A stretch of 64,000 nucleotides of DNA from Candidatus Praeruminimicrobium purgamenti (GCA_018433585.1 JAHDQW010000005.1:113059-177058), one strand, 5' to 3'. Counted from the stretch's first letter, positions 10,972 through 20,708 are shown. The notes: generated by a model from the sequence alone, not told the origin. Program-made: numbers and translations.

Positions 10972-11558
10972 TTATGATTTTCTATGACTTTTTTAATCGC
11001 TTCCGGATATATTTTATGTTCTATCTTCAATACTTTTGCCGCCACGATGTCGGCAGTATCGTTTTCTTCGATATTCACAGACTCCTGAATAATAATTTCT
11101 CCGGTATCGTAATTTTCATCCGCAAAATGCACTGTAGCCCCTGATTTTTTTTCTTTCGCCTTTACAACTGCTTCGTGTACAAAATGACCGTACATGCCTT
11201 TGCCGCCGAATTTAGGAAGAAGAGCAGGATGAATATTCAATATCTTTTTCTTATATTCGCTCACTATTATATCAGGAAGTTTCTTCATGTAGCCGGCCAT
11301 ACAAATCAAATCGGCTTTGCATTCTTTCAAAATATCAAGCATTTGTTTATCATACTCTTCACGCTGCATTTTTTTACAATCAAGAGAAAAATTCTTTATA
11401 TTTGCCGTTTTTGCCCTTTGCAAACCGAAAGCATCCGGATTACTGGAAATCACAACCGCAACTTCCGCAATATTTTTTAAGATACCGTCTTTTGAAGAAT
11501 CAATAATTGACTGCAGGTTAGATCCTCCGCCTGAAATTAAAACAGCTAATCTTTTCAT
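10968..11558 (-). CDS. purN: phosphoribosylglycinamide formyltransferase
   Basis: 196 aa. MKRLAVLISGGGSNLQ and NIHPALLPKFGG motifs. Confidence 0.93.
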   Translation of the reverse strand: MKRLAVLISGGGSNLQSIIDSSKDGILKNIAEVAVVISSNPDAFGLQRAKTANIKNFSLDCKKMQREEYDKQMLDILKECKADLICMAGYMKKLPDIIVSEYKKKILNIHPALLPKFGGKGMYGHFVHEAVVKAKEKKSGATVHFADENYDTGEIIIQESVNIEENDTADIVAAKVLKIEHKIYPEAIKKVIENHK

Positions 11559-11568
11559 TTTTTAATCC

Positions 11569-11790
11569 TTATTTTTTTATTCTTTTTTTTATCCAGTTAT
11601 AAAATATGTCAAAATGCAATTTTTTGTCCGGGAACTTACTTTTTAAACTTTCGTTCACGTTTAAAAGCTCATTGATGTCAATACTATCTCCTCTGAGATG
11701 ATGAAAAAGCATTTCGCATAAAGTTATGTATTGTTTATTTTCATAAACGTCAATATTAAGTTTTTTCATATCACATATATATTTTCCCAT
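11569..11790 (-). CDS. detached C-terminal segment of SGNH-like/TPR paralog 3
   Basis: 73 aa, aligning to the C-terminal tails of paralogs 1 and 2 (KLNIDVYENK... vs KLNINESLKDK...). Its ATG overlaps the upstream TAA as TAATG. A single added base would fuse it to 11790..12935. Confidence 0.45.
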   Translation of the reverse strand: MGKYICDMKKLNIDVYENKQYITLCEMLFHHLRGDSIDINELLNVNESLKSKFPDKKLHFDIFYNWIKKRIKK

Positions 11791-12935
11791 TAATTATATC
11801 TGCAAATTATTCCGTCTATATAAGAATACATAAAAACTTCTCTTATTGATTCTGCATACTGGAAAAACAAATCTTCTTTTGTAAAGCCGCATACTCTCAA
11901 AATTTTTTCATCCGACAAATCTTTATTGATTATATCCGCATTATATTTTCCCGCTAAAAGACCGACAAAACCTTCCGCTATAAAAGAATTAAGTTTTACC
12001 GAAGGATGAATTTTGTCCGCAAAGAAATTATAACCGATAATCTCGTTTGAATCATACAGTTTTTTAAAAATATCCGTAACCGGAACATTATATTTGGCGG
12101 CAAGATTCAAAATGACATTGTTTTGATATCTTGTAGGTCTTGCATCCCATTCAAAATCAACCGCATGCAAAAATGCTTCATTTGCGTCTTTTATTTTGCC
12201 CTGTTTTTCATAAATTTTGCCTATTCTGTATAAAATTTGAGATTTATCTTCATTTGTTTTTAAAAGTTCATTGCACTGTTTTATTGCATCGTCATACGAA
12301 CCGTGGAATATTAAATCGTCAATTTTATCGATTTTCTCTTTTAAAGGCGGGTTATAAACAAGAGAGACAACATTATTAGGCATAAATCCTGCATAATTTC
12401 CGGCTATTGTAGAAGCATATGCGTCATCGCCGAACTTTTTTGACAACAGTAAAATTTTTTCATATTCATATTTAAAATCATCAACATTTTTAAAATAAGT
12501 ATTTATTAAATCGACAATAATAAATTTAAGGAACCGGTCATAACCTGTATAATTATCTTTATTTGACCAATTATTTGTTCCGATATAAAGAAGAACTATC
12601 CCTTTTCTAAAAGGGTGGAGGTATTTGTATATAAAATATTTTTTATACTGTTCAGTCAAAGAACTGCCCGGAGAAGCAAAAATTTTAAACTCCATCTCCT
12701 TGCCGTCCAATTTGTTGTTCAGCATATAACCGATTATTTTTGAATATGATATTTTTGACTGGTACGGTTGTCCCCAGGCAGAAGATTCACCCAAAACATA
12801 CACGTAAATTTTATCGTTTACAACGGGTAAATTTCTATAAATTACAGGAATTATTTGTAAAATTAATTCATAAAAAACTACAGCGATTATTATATTTATC
12901 GCTATTGAAATCGAATAATGAATAAATTTTTTCAC
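11790..12935 (-). CDS. SGNH-like/TPR family paralog 3 (catalytic part, truncated by a frame break at 11790)
   Basis: 381 aa. TM anchor, VYVLGESSAWGQPY, STIAGNYAGFMPNN, DKIHPS. Roughly 50-60% identical by eye to paralogs 1 and 2. Confidence 0.5.
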   Translation of the reverse strand: MKKFIHYSISIAINIIIAVVFYELILQIIPVIYRNLPVVNDKIYVYVLGESSAWGQPYQSKISYSKIIGYMLNNKLDGKEMEFKIFASPGSSLTEQYKKYFIYKYLHPFRKGIVLLYIGTNNWSNKDNYTGYDRFLKFIIVDLINTYFKNVDDFKYEYEKILLLSKKFGDDAYASTIAGNYAGFMPNNVVSLVYNPPLKEKIDKIDDLIFHGSYDDAIKQCNELLKTNEDKSQILYRIGKIYEKQGKIKDANEAFLHAVDFEWDARPTRYQNNVILNLAAKYNVPVTDIFKKLYDSNEIIGYNFFADKIHPSVKLNSFIAEGFVGLLAGKYNADIINKDLSDEKILRVCGFTKEDLFFQYAESIREVFMYSYIDGIICRYN

Positions 12936-12948
12936 TGTGAGTCAGGCA

Positions 12949-13914
12949 TTAGACAAGCTCAACGCCTTTTGCTCCCTTTTTTACATAACCTATAATTTTT
13001 GAACCTTTAAAGTATTTTTTTATCTCGCCGGCATAATCAGGTCTTACAAAAATTGCCATACCTATGCCCATATTTAAAGTTCTGTATATATCCTGTTCGG
13101 GAACATTTCCTTTCTTTCTGATTATTTCAAATATTTCAGGAACTTTCCATGACTTTTTTTCTATTATAACATGTGCGTCCTGAGGCAAAATTCTTCCTAT
13201 TTTATCATAAAAGCTTCCGCCTGTAATATGAGCGAGGCCCACTATTTTATTTTTTTTGCCGTTATTGAATTTTTTTAATGCGGCAAGAACTTCTTTAACA
13301 TATATTTTTGTAGGGGCCAGCAGTTGTTTGGAATACTGTTTTAATTCTTTTTCGCTGAAAACTTTTCTGATAAGAGAATATCCGTTTGAATGAGGTCCGC
13401 TTGACGGAAGTCCTATAACGGCATCTCCGGCCTTAATATCCTTTCCTGTGATTTCTTTTCCTTTTTCGACAACGCCTACTGAAAAACCGGCTAAATCGTA
13501 TTCTTCTCCCTGATAAAATCCGGGCATTTCGGCAGTTTCTCCGCCGATAAGCTGTGAATCTGCCTGTTTGCATCCGTTTGATATGCCTTTAATAACCTGC
13601 TCCGCAAGAGAAACATTAAGTTTACCGCATGCAAAATAATCGAGAAAAAACAAAGGCTTTGCCCCGCAGCATATAAGATCGTTCACATTCATCGCAACCA
13701 AATCTATTCCTACAGTATCATGTTTATCAACCAAAAAAGCTATTTTCAATTTTGTTCCGACTCCGTCGGTTGAACTTACCAAATTATACTTTGTTCCGTT
13801 TAAAGGAAACAAACCGCCGAAACCGCCTATTTTAGGCAGATTCTTTTTTATTCTTTTGACAAGCTCATTACCGGCATCAATATTAACGCCTGCTTTTTTG
13901 TATGTAATAGTCAT
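12949..13914 (-). CDS. purM: phosphoribosylformylglycinamidine cyclo-ligase (AIR synthetase)
   Basis: MTITYKKAGVNIDAG...STDGVGTKLK. I prefer ATG 13914 (GGAG SD upstream) over the track start 13986, which would overlap pyrE by 55 nt. Confidence 0.92.
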   Translation of the reverse strand: MTITYKKAGVNIDAGNELVKRIKKNLPKIGGFGGLFPLNGTKYNLVSSTDGVGTKLKIAFLVDKHDTVGIDLVAMNVNDLICCGAKPLFFLDYFACGKLNVSLAEQVIKGISNGCKQADSQLIGGETAEMPGFYQGEEYDLAGFSVGVVEKGKEITGKDIKAGDAVIGLPSSGPHSNGYSLIRKVFSEKELKQYSKQLLAPTKIYVKEVLAALKKFNNGKKNKIVGLAHITGGSFYDKIGRILPQDAHVIIEKKSWKVPEIFEIIRKKGNVPEQDIYRTLNMGIGMAIFVRPDYAGEIKKYFKGSKIIGYVKKGAKGVELV

Positions 13915-13931
13915 TTTTTTCTCCGATTTTT

Positions 13932-14507
13932 TTATTTTCTGCTTCCAGGTTTTACAGGAGAACTCCCCTGCTTGCATAAAGGACATTCTTCAGGCTTATA
14001 GCTTTTTACTTCCAAACTTAACAAAGAAAATCTCGGAACGCCGAAATTAACTTTACCGGCGCTTCTGTCGACTAAAGAACAAACTGCGACAACATCAGCT
14101 CCAAGAGGAGTAATAGAATCTATAACTTCTCTTGTTGACAGTCCTGTAGTAATGACATCTTCAACAACAAGAACTTTTTCGCCTTTATTTATTCCGAAGC
14201 CTCTTCTTAAAACAAGCTTACCGTCAACTCTTTCGCAGAAGATTGCTCTTTTGTCAAAAGCTCTTCCCATTTCATGTCCTATTATTATCCCGCCCATAGC
14301 CGGCGAAACTATTAAATCTATATTTTTTATTTCCTTTGATATTTCATTTTTCAGATTTTCAGCCAAAAGTGATGCTATTTTAGGATTTTGCAAAATCAAA
14401 GCCGACTGAAAATACGTGTCGGAATGTAACCCGCTTGACAATAAAAAATGTCCGTTTAAAAGGGCATTGTACTTTTTAAAAAGTTCCTTCATCTCGTTTT
14501 GTTCCAC
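13932..14507 (-). CDS. pyrE: orotate phosphoribosyltransferase
   Basis: 191 aa with PRPP-binding loop VLVVEDVITTGLST. The track start is GTG; ATG 14492 is an alternative. Confidence 0.9.
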   Translation of the reverse strand: MEQNEMKELFKKYNALLNGHFLLSSGLHSDTYFQSALILQNPKIASLLAENLKNEISKEIKNIDLIVSPAMGGIIIGHEMGRAFDKRAIFCERVDGKLVLRRGFGINKGEKVLVVEDVITTGLSTREVIDSITPLGADVVAVCSLVDRSAGKVNFGVPRFSLLSLEVKSYKPEECPLCKQGSSPVKPGSRK

Positions 14508-14508
14508 C

Positions 14509-15153
14509 TTATAACTCCTTTATAGATTCATATATGTTTTTTGCAACTTTAACAGGATCTTCAGCTTCGATTATCGGCCTTCCTACAACTATGTAGTCTG
14601 CACCTGCTTTAACGGCGCTCTCAGGGGTTGCAACTCTTTTTTGGTCATCGTTTGCTTTGGCAGGTCTTATTCCGGGAGTTACGACCTCAAAATCCTTACC
14701 GCAGGAATTTTTTATTGTTTCAATTTCAAGAGGAGACGATATAACTCCGTTTACTCCGCATTCTTTTGCCAGTTTAGCTCTCCTGAGAACTTCTTCAGGC
14801 GTTGTTATCTGGCTGGTTAAAACAGTAACAGCCCAAATTTTAGGATGATTTTCAACCGAACACGCAAGTTTCAACATTTCATCTCCGCCGCAGGAATGAA
14901 CGGTTAAACTGTATACGCCCAAATCACGGGCTGACATTACAGACCTTTGCACAGTGGCCGGTATATCGTGAAATTTAAGATCCAAAAAAACTTTTTTGCC
15001 GTTATCGTTTATCATCTTGATTATTTCTCTTCCGGACTGTAAAAACAATATCGGTCCCACTTTGAATACATCTATATAAGGGCTTAAATCTTTTACTAAT
15101 TTTTCCGCTTTTTTAAAATCAAAAACATCTAACGCCAAAATAGTTTTTTTCAT
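14509..15153 (-). CDS. pyrF: orotidine 5'-phosphate decarboxylase
   Basis: 214 aa with ILALDV and FLDLKFHDIP motifs. Confidence 0.92.
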   Translation of the reverse strand: MKKTILALDVFDFKKAEKLVKDLSPYIDVFKVGPILFLQSGREIIKMINDNGKKVFLDLKFHDIPATVQRSVMSARDLGVYSLTVHSCGGDEMLKLACSVENHPKIWAVTVLTSQITTPEEVLRRAKLAKECGVNGVISSPLEIETIKNSCGKDFEVVTPGIRPAKANDDQKRVATPESAVKAGADYIVVGRPIIEAEDPVKVAKNIYESIKEL

Positions 15154-16058
15154 AATTTAACCTTGCCAATCAAATCTTTTATATTTGATATTTTTTTATT
15201 TTTTAAATATTCTTCAAGTTCTTTTGCCGTTGATTCAAAAACATCAGGATCAACCAGCGCAGCCGTTCCTATGCTTACACATCTTGCTCCTGCCAAAAAA
15301 AACTCGACCGCATCGGCTCCGCTGCATATGCCTCCGCAGCCTATAATAGGAATTTTAATTTTTTGATATGCGTCATATACGCAGCGTAAAGCCATCGGCT
15401 TTACGCAAGGGCCTGACATTCCGCCTTTAACCGTAGATAACTTAGGTTTAAAGGTATTAATATCTATAGCCATGGCAGGAAAAGTATTAGTAAGAGTTAC
15501 TGCGTCTGCTCCGCAATCCTGCGCAGTCTGCGAAAGTGAAGCGATGTCCTGCACCTGCGGAGATAACTTCGCAATTACAGGAAATTTTGAAATCTTTTTG
15601 ACTTTTTTTATTATGTCGCTGAATAAATTAATATCCTGAGAAATTATCGTTTTCTTCAAATTAGGGCAGGACAAATTCAATTCGACTGCGGATATTTTAT
15701 TAAAAGCATTTAATATTTTGACCGTCTTAATATAATCATCGGTACAGGCTCCGGCAACGCTGACAATAACGGGAACATTCTGTTTCAAAATATTTTCCAG
15801 TTTATTCTCAACAAATTTTTGCACTCCTACGTTTTGAAGACCTATCGTATTGAGCATCCCTGAAGAAACTTCAGCTATTCTCGGCTGGGGATTTCCGGAT
15901 CTTGCCTCAAACGTTATTGTTTTAGTTACTATAGCGCCTATTTTATTTAAATCAACCAGATCGGTCAATTCATCGCCGTAACCGAAAGTGCCTGAAGCCG
16001 TAAGCAGAGGGGTTTTTAGTTTTATTCCGATAAAATCAATATTTATATTATTTTTCAT
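15150..16058 (-). CDS. pyrD: dihydroorotate dehydrogenase (class 1 catalytic subunit)
   Basis: 302 aa with LLTASGTFGYG and ELNLSCPN motifs. It overlaps pyrF by 4 nt. No pyrK is adjacent. Confidence 0.9.
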   Translation of the reverse strand: MKNNINIDFIGIKLKTPLLTASGTFGYGDELTDLVDLNKIGAIVTKTITFEARSGNPQPRIAEVSSGMLNTIGLQNVGVQKFVENKLENILKQNVPVIVSVAGACTDDYIKTVKILNAFNKISAVELNLSCPNLKKTIISQDINLFSDIIKKVKKISKFPVIAKLSPQVQDIASLSQTAQDCGADAVTLTNTFPAMAIDINTFKPKLSTVKGGMSGPCVKPMALRCVYDAYQKIKIPIIGCGGICSGADAVEFFLAGARCVSIGTAALVDPDVFESTAKELEEYLKNKKISNIKDLIGKVKL

Positions 16059-16066
16059 AGATTGTT

Positions 16067-16095
16067 ATTATATCTTTTAGGAGTGTTTTTTTCAA
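16067..16095 (-). promoter_or_regulatory. candidate sigma70-type promoter directly abutting the pyrD ATG
   Basis: Minus strand reads TTGAAA (16095-16090), a 17-nt spacer, then TATAAT (16072-16067). Only 8 nt separate the -10 from ATG 16058, and there is no SD. Confidence 0.35.
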
Positions 16096-16127
16096 ACTTT
16101 TTGATATAAAAGCAAATCAACGTTATT

Positions 16128-16730
16128 TTACAATGACATTTTCAATTTATTTTTAAACTCTTTTAACGCCAGAGCCCTGTGGCTTATTTCATTTTTTATG
16201 CCGTCGCCAAGCTCGGCAAAAGTTTTATTATATTCTTTTACAAAAAAAATAGGGTCATACCCGAATCCTTTTGAGCCTGACAAATCCATGCTGATGAATC
16301 CGTTAATTTCTCCGTTTGAAATAATATGGATATTGCCTTTTGGATCGCTTAAAGCTATTACGCATCTGAATTTTGCTTTTCTTTCTTCAGACGGCACGCC
16401 CGAAAGCGCTTTTAAAAGCTTTTGGTTATTGTCATCGTAAGAACAATCTTCGCCTGCATACCTTGAAGAATATACACCCGGCGCTCCGTTTAAATATGCA
16501 ACTTCAAGCCCGGTATCATCGGCTAATGCCCATTTATTAAAAAATTTTGCAACTTCTGCGGCTTTTTTAACGGCATTTTCTTCCAAAGTATTGCCGTCTT
16601 CTACAACTTCCGGATATTTGTCGAATTCTATCATAGGCTTTACGGCTATGCCCAAATCTTTTAATATGTCTTTTATTTCAAATACTTTATGTTTGTTGCC
16701 CGTAGCAAGTATTATTTCATCTATTTTCAT
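16128..16730 (-). CDS. rdgB: non-canonical purine NTP pyrophosphatase (RdgB/Ham1)
   Basis: 200 aa with ILATGNKHK and GFGYDPIF motifs. Confidence 0.9.
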   Translation of the reverse strand: MKIDEIILATGNKHKVFEIKDILKDLGIAVKPMIEFDKYPEVVEDGNTLEENAVKKAAEVAKFFNKWALADDTGLEVAYLNGAPGVYSSRYAGEDCSYDDNNQKLLKALSGVPSEERKAKFRCVIALSDPKGNIHIISNGEINGFISMDLSGSKGFGYDPIFFVKEYNKTFAELGDGIKNEISHRALALKEFKNKLKMSL

Positions 16731-17413
16731 AATTTCCCCAGAGATTTTTTCTGCGCTGCAGTTATCTTCTGTATTCCTGAAAATGCCGCGTCAAGCATAT
16801 TGTTTAAATCTTTTCTTGAAAAAAGATGTCCTTCCGCAGTTCCCTGAACTTCAATCAAATCACCCTTGTCAGTCATAACTACATTCATATCTACATCGGC
16901 GACATTGTCTTCTTTAGCCGATAAATCAAGAACCATTTTTCCGTTTGCAAAACCTACGCTTACGGCGCCTATAAAATCTTTTACAGGAAGTTCTTGTATA
17001 AGCTTCTTTTTGCGTAAATTTTTAAGCGCTAAAACTAAAGCTATAAACCCGCCGTTTACTGATGCCGTTCTTGTTCCTCCGTCAGCTCTTATAACGTCGC
17101 AGTCTATCGTTATTGTTCGTTTGCCTAATTTTTTCAAATCAACGCTTGCCCTTAAAGATCTGCCGACAAGTCTTGATATTTCCTGAGCTCTTCCGTTTTG
17201 CAGTCTGTTTCTCGATATTCTGTCGTTACATGATCTCGGAAGCATAGAATATTCGGCTGTTACCCACCCTTCATCGTTCTTTTTCGCCTCAATAAAAGGA
17301 GGAACTTTTTCTTCAACCGTAGCAACGCATAAAACTTTTGTTTCGCCCAAAGAGAACATACATGACCCTTCAGCATGCTTTAAATAATTTTTTACTATTT
17401 TTATTTTTCTCAT
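16727..17413 (-). CDS. rph: ribonuclease PH
   Basis: 228 aa with DCDVIRADGGTRTASV motif. 4-nt overlap with rdgB. Confidence 0.93.
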   Translation of the reverse strand: MRKIKIVKNYLKHAEGSCMFSLGETKVLCVATVEEKVPPFIEAKKNDEGWVTAEYSMLPRSCNDRISRNRLQNGRAQEISRLVGRSLRASVDLKKLGKRTITIDCDVIRADGGTRTASVNGGFIALVLALKNLRKKKLIQELPVKDFIGAVSVGFANGKMVLDLSAKEDNVADVDMNVVMTDKGDLIEVQGTAEGHLFSRKDLNNMLDAAFSGIQKITAAQKKSLGKL

Positions 17414-17424
17414 TTAAATAACCT

Positions 17425-17862
17425 TTATTTTAAATTATATTTTTTTCTCAAATTGTCTTTTATTTGTTGCGCATCAAATACTAAATCTCCATTTTTAGAA
17501 CATTGAATTGCCAAATTAATTTTTGGATACTCACTTGTATATACTGAAGTGCGTGATTGCTTAGTGTAGTAATTATATGTTGAATTTGCACTAGTTGTAA
17601 CTTCTGTATTATTTGAAGAATTTATTATTGCAAATGTTTTAAACCCTTGTTCTAAACATACTTCTGCTGCTCGTAATAAAGCATAATCTTGAGCTGTTTT
17701 TATATCTGTAAATTCATTACCATTAAAACTTATTTCATAAATATTATTTTGCAATTGAGTCTCAAAATATCCATTTGATGTGCTTTTATAAGCTCTTTTA
17801 TAAGCGGTTGCACAAGAACAAATGAGGCAACTTATTAAAATTAAAAATATTATCTTTTTCAT
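17425..17862 (-). CDS. small lipoprotein of unknown function
   Basis: 145 aa. Signal peptide with lipobox (LISC/ICSC). The segment YALLRAAEVCLEQGFKTFAII recalls a small conserved lipoprotein family. The gene is visibly more AT-rich than its neighbours. Confidence 0.6.
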   Translation of the reverse strand: MKKIIFLILISCLICSCATAYKRAYKSTSNGYFETQLQNNIYEISFNGNEFTDIKTAQDYALLRAAEVCLEQGFKTFAIINSSNNTEVTTSANSTYNYYTKQSRTSVYTSEYPKINLAIQCSKNGDLVFDAQQIKDNLRKKYNLK

Positions 17863-17955
17863 TAAGAAGCTCCTTTACATTTGTCTTTTTCAAATTCAAT
17901 ATTTTAAGCAAAACCTTCATGCTTTTTCAACTAGAAAGATTTTAGACGAAACGAA

Positions 17956-18012
17956 GTATTTTTAAAGTGAAGTTTACATTTAAGCGAAGCAGTAAATGAA
18001 CTTTAAAAATAC
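17956..18012. repeat. long AT-rich inverted repeat (hairpin) between valS and the lipoprotein gene
   Basis: GTATTTTTAAAGT (17956-17968) pairs perfectly with ACTTTAAAAATAC (18000-18012). An inner stem TTTAC (17973-17977) / GTAAA (17992-17996) follows a small internal loop. Confidence 0.7.
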
Positions 18013-18039
18013 AAAGTTGCAGTCAAAACATTTCGGTTG

Positions 18040-20691
18040 TTAGCCAATAAACTCAAGACTTTCCCTAAGAGTCGCAATCTTAACGTCGGCATCGCTCAGC
18101 CTTGTTTTCATTTTATCGACTTCTTCTTTAGGAGCACGCGTCACAAAAGATTCGTTCGAAAGTTTTTTGGAACATCTTTCTTTATCCTGTTCCAGCAGCA
18201 TAATTTCTTTATTGATTCTTGCTTTTTCTTTATCAATATCTATCAAGCCTTCCAAAGGAATAAATATTTCAAATCCGGTGGCAACTGCAAGGGCCGAATT
18301 TTTTTGTCTTTTCATATCTTTGCCCAAAGTCAAAGTTTTTATTTTTGCAATTCCTTTAATATAATCGGCGTTATTGTTTACTATCGAAGATTTTGAATCG
18401 TCTAAAACATTTACAAAAGCGTCAATAAAAACAGCAGGAGAAACGTTCATTTCGCTTCTTATATTTCTAACTTTAGAAATTATTTCCTGTATAACAGCCA
18501 TTTCTTTTGTTTCTTCCGCAAAAACGAATTTATCATTATATTTAGGGAAATCGCTCAAAACTATGCTTTCCTGCTTGTCGTTAAAAATAGTCCATATTTC
18601 ATCCGTAATAAACGGCATTACAGGAGCAAGCATTTGAATAGTTCCTTTTAAAATATAAAGAAGAACTGACAAAACCTGTTGTTTTTCTTGCTGATTTTCC
18701 GAAGTCATTCTTATTTTTGACAATTCAATGTACCAGTCACAGAACTTTGTCCAGAAAAAGTCATAAACAGTTCTAGCCGCAACGTCAACGTCATAAATTT
18801 CAAGAGCTCCGGTTACTGTTTTAACCGTCATATTATATTCGTTTATAATCCATTTATCAGACAGTTCTTTCAATACAGGTTCATCAGCTATTTTTAAGCC
18901 TTCCATATTCATAAGTATAAATCTTGAAGCATTCCATATTTTATTTGCAAAATTCCTTGCGCTCAAAAAAGATTCGTCAGATATCTGCATATCTCTTCCC
19001 GGAGCGGCAACCTGGGCAAGCGCAAATCTCAACGCATCCGTACCGTATTGAGACATTACGCCCAAAGGGTCAACGACATTCCCTAGAGATTTTGACATTT
19101 TCTTACCTGACTTGTCTCTGACTATGCCGTGTATAAAAACGTCCTTAAAAGGAATATCGTTTAAAAATTCAAGTCCCATCTGAACCATTCTTGCAACCCA
19201 TAAGTAAAGAATTTCATGACCTGTGGCAAGAACGCCTGTAGGATAATAATATTTTAATTCTTCGTTGTCAGGTTTTTCTCCCCAGTGAAATACGCTGAAC
19301 GGCCATAAAGCGGATGAAAACCACGTATCCAAAACGTCATTGTCCTGTATAATATTCGTATTGCCGCAGCAAGGACACTTTTCCGGTTTTTCTTCAGAAA
19401 CTATAAGTTCGCATGAAGTTCTGGCGCCCTTTTCATCAACGCAGTAATAAACCGGTATTCTGTGCCCCCACCATATCTGTCTGCTTATACACCAGTCTCT
19501 TAAATTTTCAAGCCAAGCCGTATACGGCTTTTGCCATGAAGAAGGATAAAACTTTACTTTGCCGTTGCGGGCAACTTCTGCCGCTTTTTTGGACATTTCG
19601 TCAACTTTTAAAAACCATTGTTCCGACATTATAGGTTCTATCGTCGTAGAACATCTGTAACATCTGCCTACGGAGTGTCCGTAATCTTCGGTCTTTAAAA
19701 GATATCCCTGCTCCTGCAAATCGCCGACTATAAGCTCTCTTGCTTCTTTTACGCTCAAACCTTTATATTTAGCAACAAGATCAGTCATTTTACCGTCAGC
19801 GTCAATTACTTCAAGGATTTGCAGATCATGCCTTCTTGCAATTTCATAATCCGTGCTGTCATGAGCAGGAGTTACCTTTACTGCTCCCGTGCCGAACGCC
19901 GTATCTACAATGTAATCAGCTACAATTTTAATTTCTCTGTTAGTCAATGGCAGAATAACCGTCTTGCCTACAAGTTCTTTATATCTGTCGTCATTAGGAT
20001 TTACCGCAACGGCAGTATCTCCGAGCATTGTTTCAGGCCTTGTAGTCGCAACTGTAAGAAAATCGTTTGAATCTTTAATCGGATATTTTATATACCACAA
20101 ACTTCCTTTTTCCTGAACATATTCCACTTCAATATCAGACAAAGCCGTATTGCATCTTGTGCACCAGTTTACAAGTCTTTTTCCTCTGTAAATCAACCCT
20201 CTGTCATAAAAATTTTTAAATGCTTTTTTTACAGATTTTGAACAAGCTTCATCCATTGTAAATCTTGTTCTGTCCCAGTCAAGCCCGCAGCCTAATTTCT
20301 TTAGCTGGTCAAGAATGGTATCCCCTGTTTCTTCTCTCCACTGCCACATCTTTTCAACAAATTTTTCTCTTCCTAAATCGTATTTTGTTTTTCCTTCTTT
20401 CTTAAGAAGTTTTTCCACGACATTTTGCGTCGCAATTCCCCCGTGGTCTGTTCCCGGAACCCACAAAGTATTATATCCCTGCATTTTTTTAAATCTTATT
20501 ATTATGTCCTGCAGCGTATTGTTAAGAGCGTGTCCCATATGCAGAGACCCCGTAACGTTCGGAGGCGGGATAACTATCGTAAACGATTTTTTATTTTTGT
20601 CGATTTTAGAAGAAAACGTTTTATTTTTAATCCAATAATCAACCCACTTTTCTTCTACTTTTTTTGCATCATAAACTTTTTCCATTTCCAT
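18040..20691 (-). CDS. valS: valine--tRNA ligase
   Basis: 883 aa. HIGH region PNVTGSLHMGH, KMSKS region KMSKSLGN, and a C-terminal coiled coil. Confidence 0.97.
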   Translation of the reverse strand: MEMEKVYDAKKVEEKWVDYWIKNKTFSSKIDKNKKSFTIVIPPPNVTGSLHMGHALNNTLQDIIIRFKKMQGYNTLWVPGTDHGGIATQNVVEKLLKKEGKTKYDLGREKFVEKMWQWREETGDTILDQLKKLGCGLDWDRTRFTMDEACSKSVKKAFKNFYDRGLIYRGKRLVNWCTRCNTALSDIEVEYVQEKGSLWYIKYPIKDSNDFLTVATTRPETMLGDTAVAVNPNDDRYKELVGKTVILPLTNREIKIVADYIVDTAFGTGAVKVTPAHDSTDYEIARRHDLQILEVIDADGKMTDLVAKYKGLSVKEARELIVGDLQEQGYLLKTEDYGHSVGRCYRCSTTIEPIMSEQWFLKVDEMSKKAAEVARNGKVKFYPSSWQKPYTAWLENLRDWCISRQIWWGHRIPVYYCVDEKGARTSCELIVSEEKPEKCPCCGNTNIIQDNDVLDTWFSSALWPFSVFHWGEKPDNEELKYYYPTGVLATGHEILYLWVARMVQMGLEFLNDIPFKDVFIHGIVRDKSGKKMSKSLGNVVDPLGVMSQYGTDALRFALAQVAAPGRDMQISDESFLSARNFANKIWNASRFILMNMEGLKIADEPVLKELSDKWIINEYNMTVKTVTGALEIYDVDVAARTVYDFFWTKFCDWYIELSKIRMTSENQQEKQQVLSVLLYILKGTIQMLAPVMPFITDEIWTIFNDKQESIVLSDFPKYNDKFVFAEETKEMAVIQEIISKVRNIRSEMNVSPAVFIDAFVNVLDDSKSSIVNNNADYIKGIAKIKTLTLGKDMKRQKNSALAVATGFEIFIPLEGLIDIDKEKARINKEIMLLEQDKERCSKKLSNESFVTRAPKEEVDKMKTRLSDADVKIATLRESLEFIG

Positions 20692-20708
20692 TATTTTGCC
20701 TTTATATT

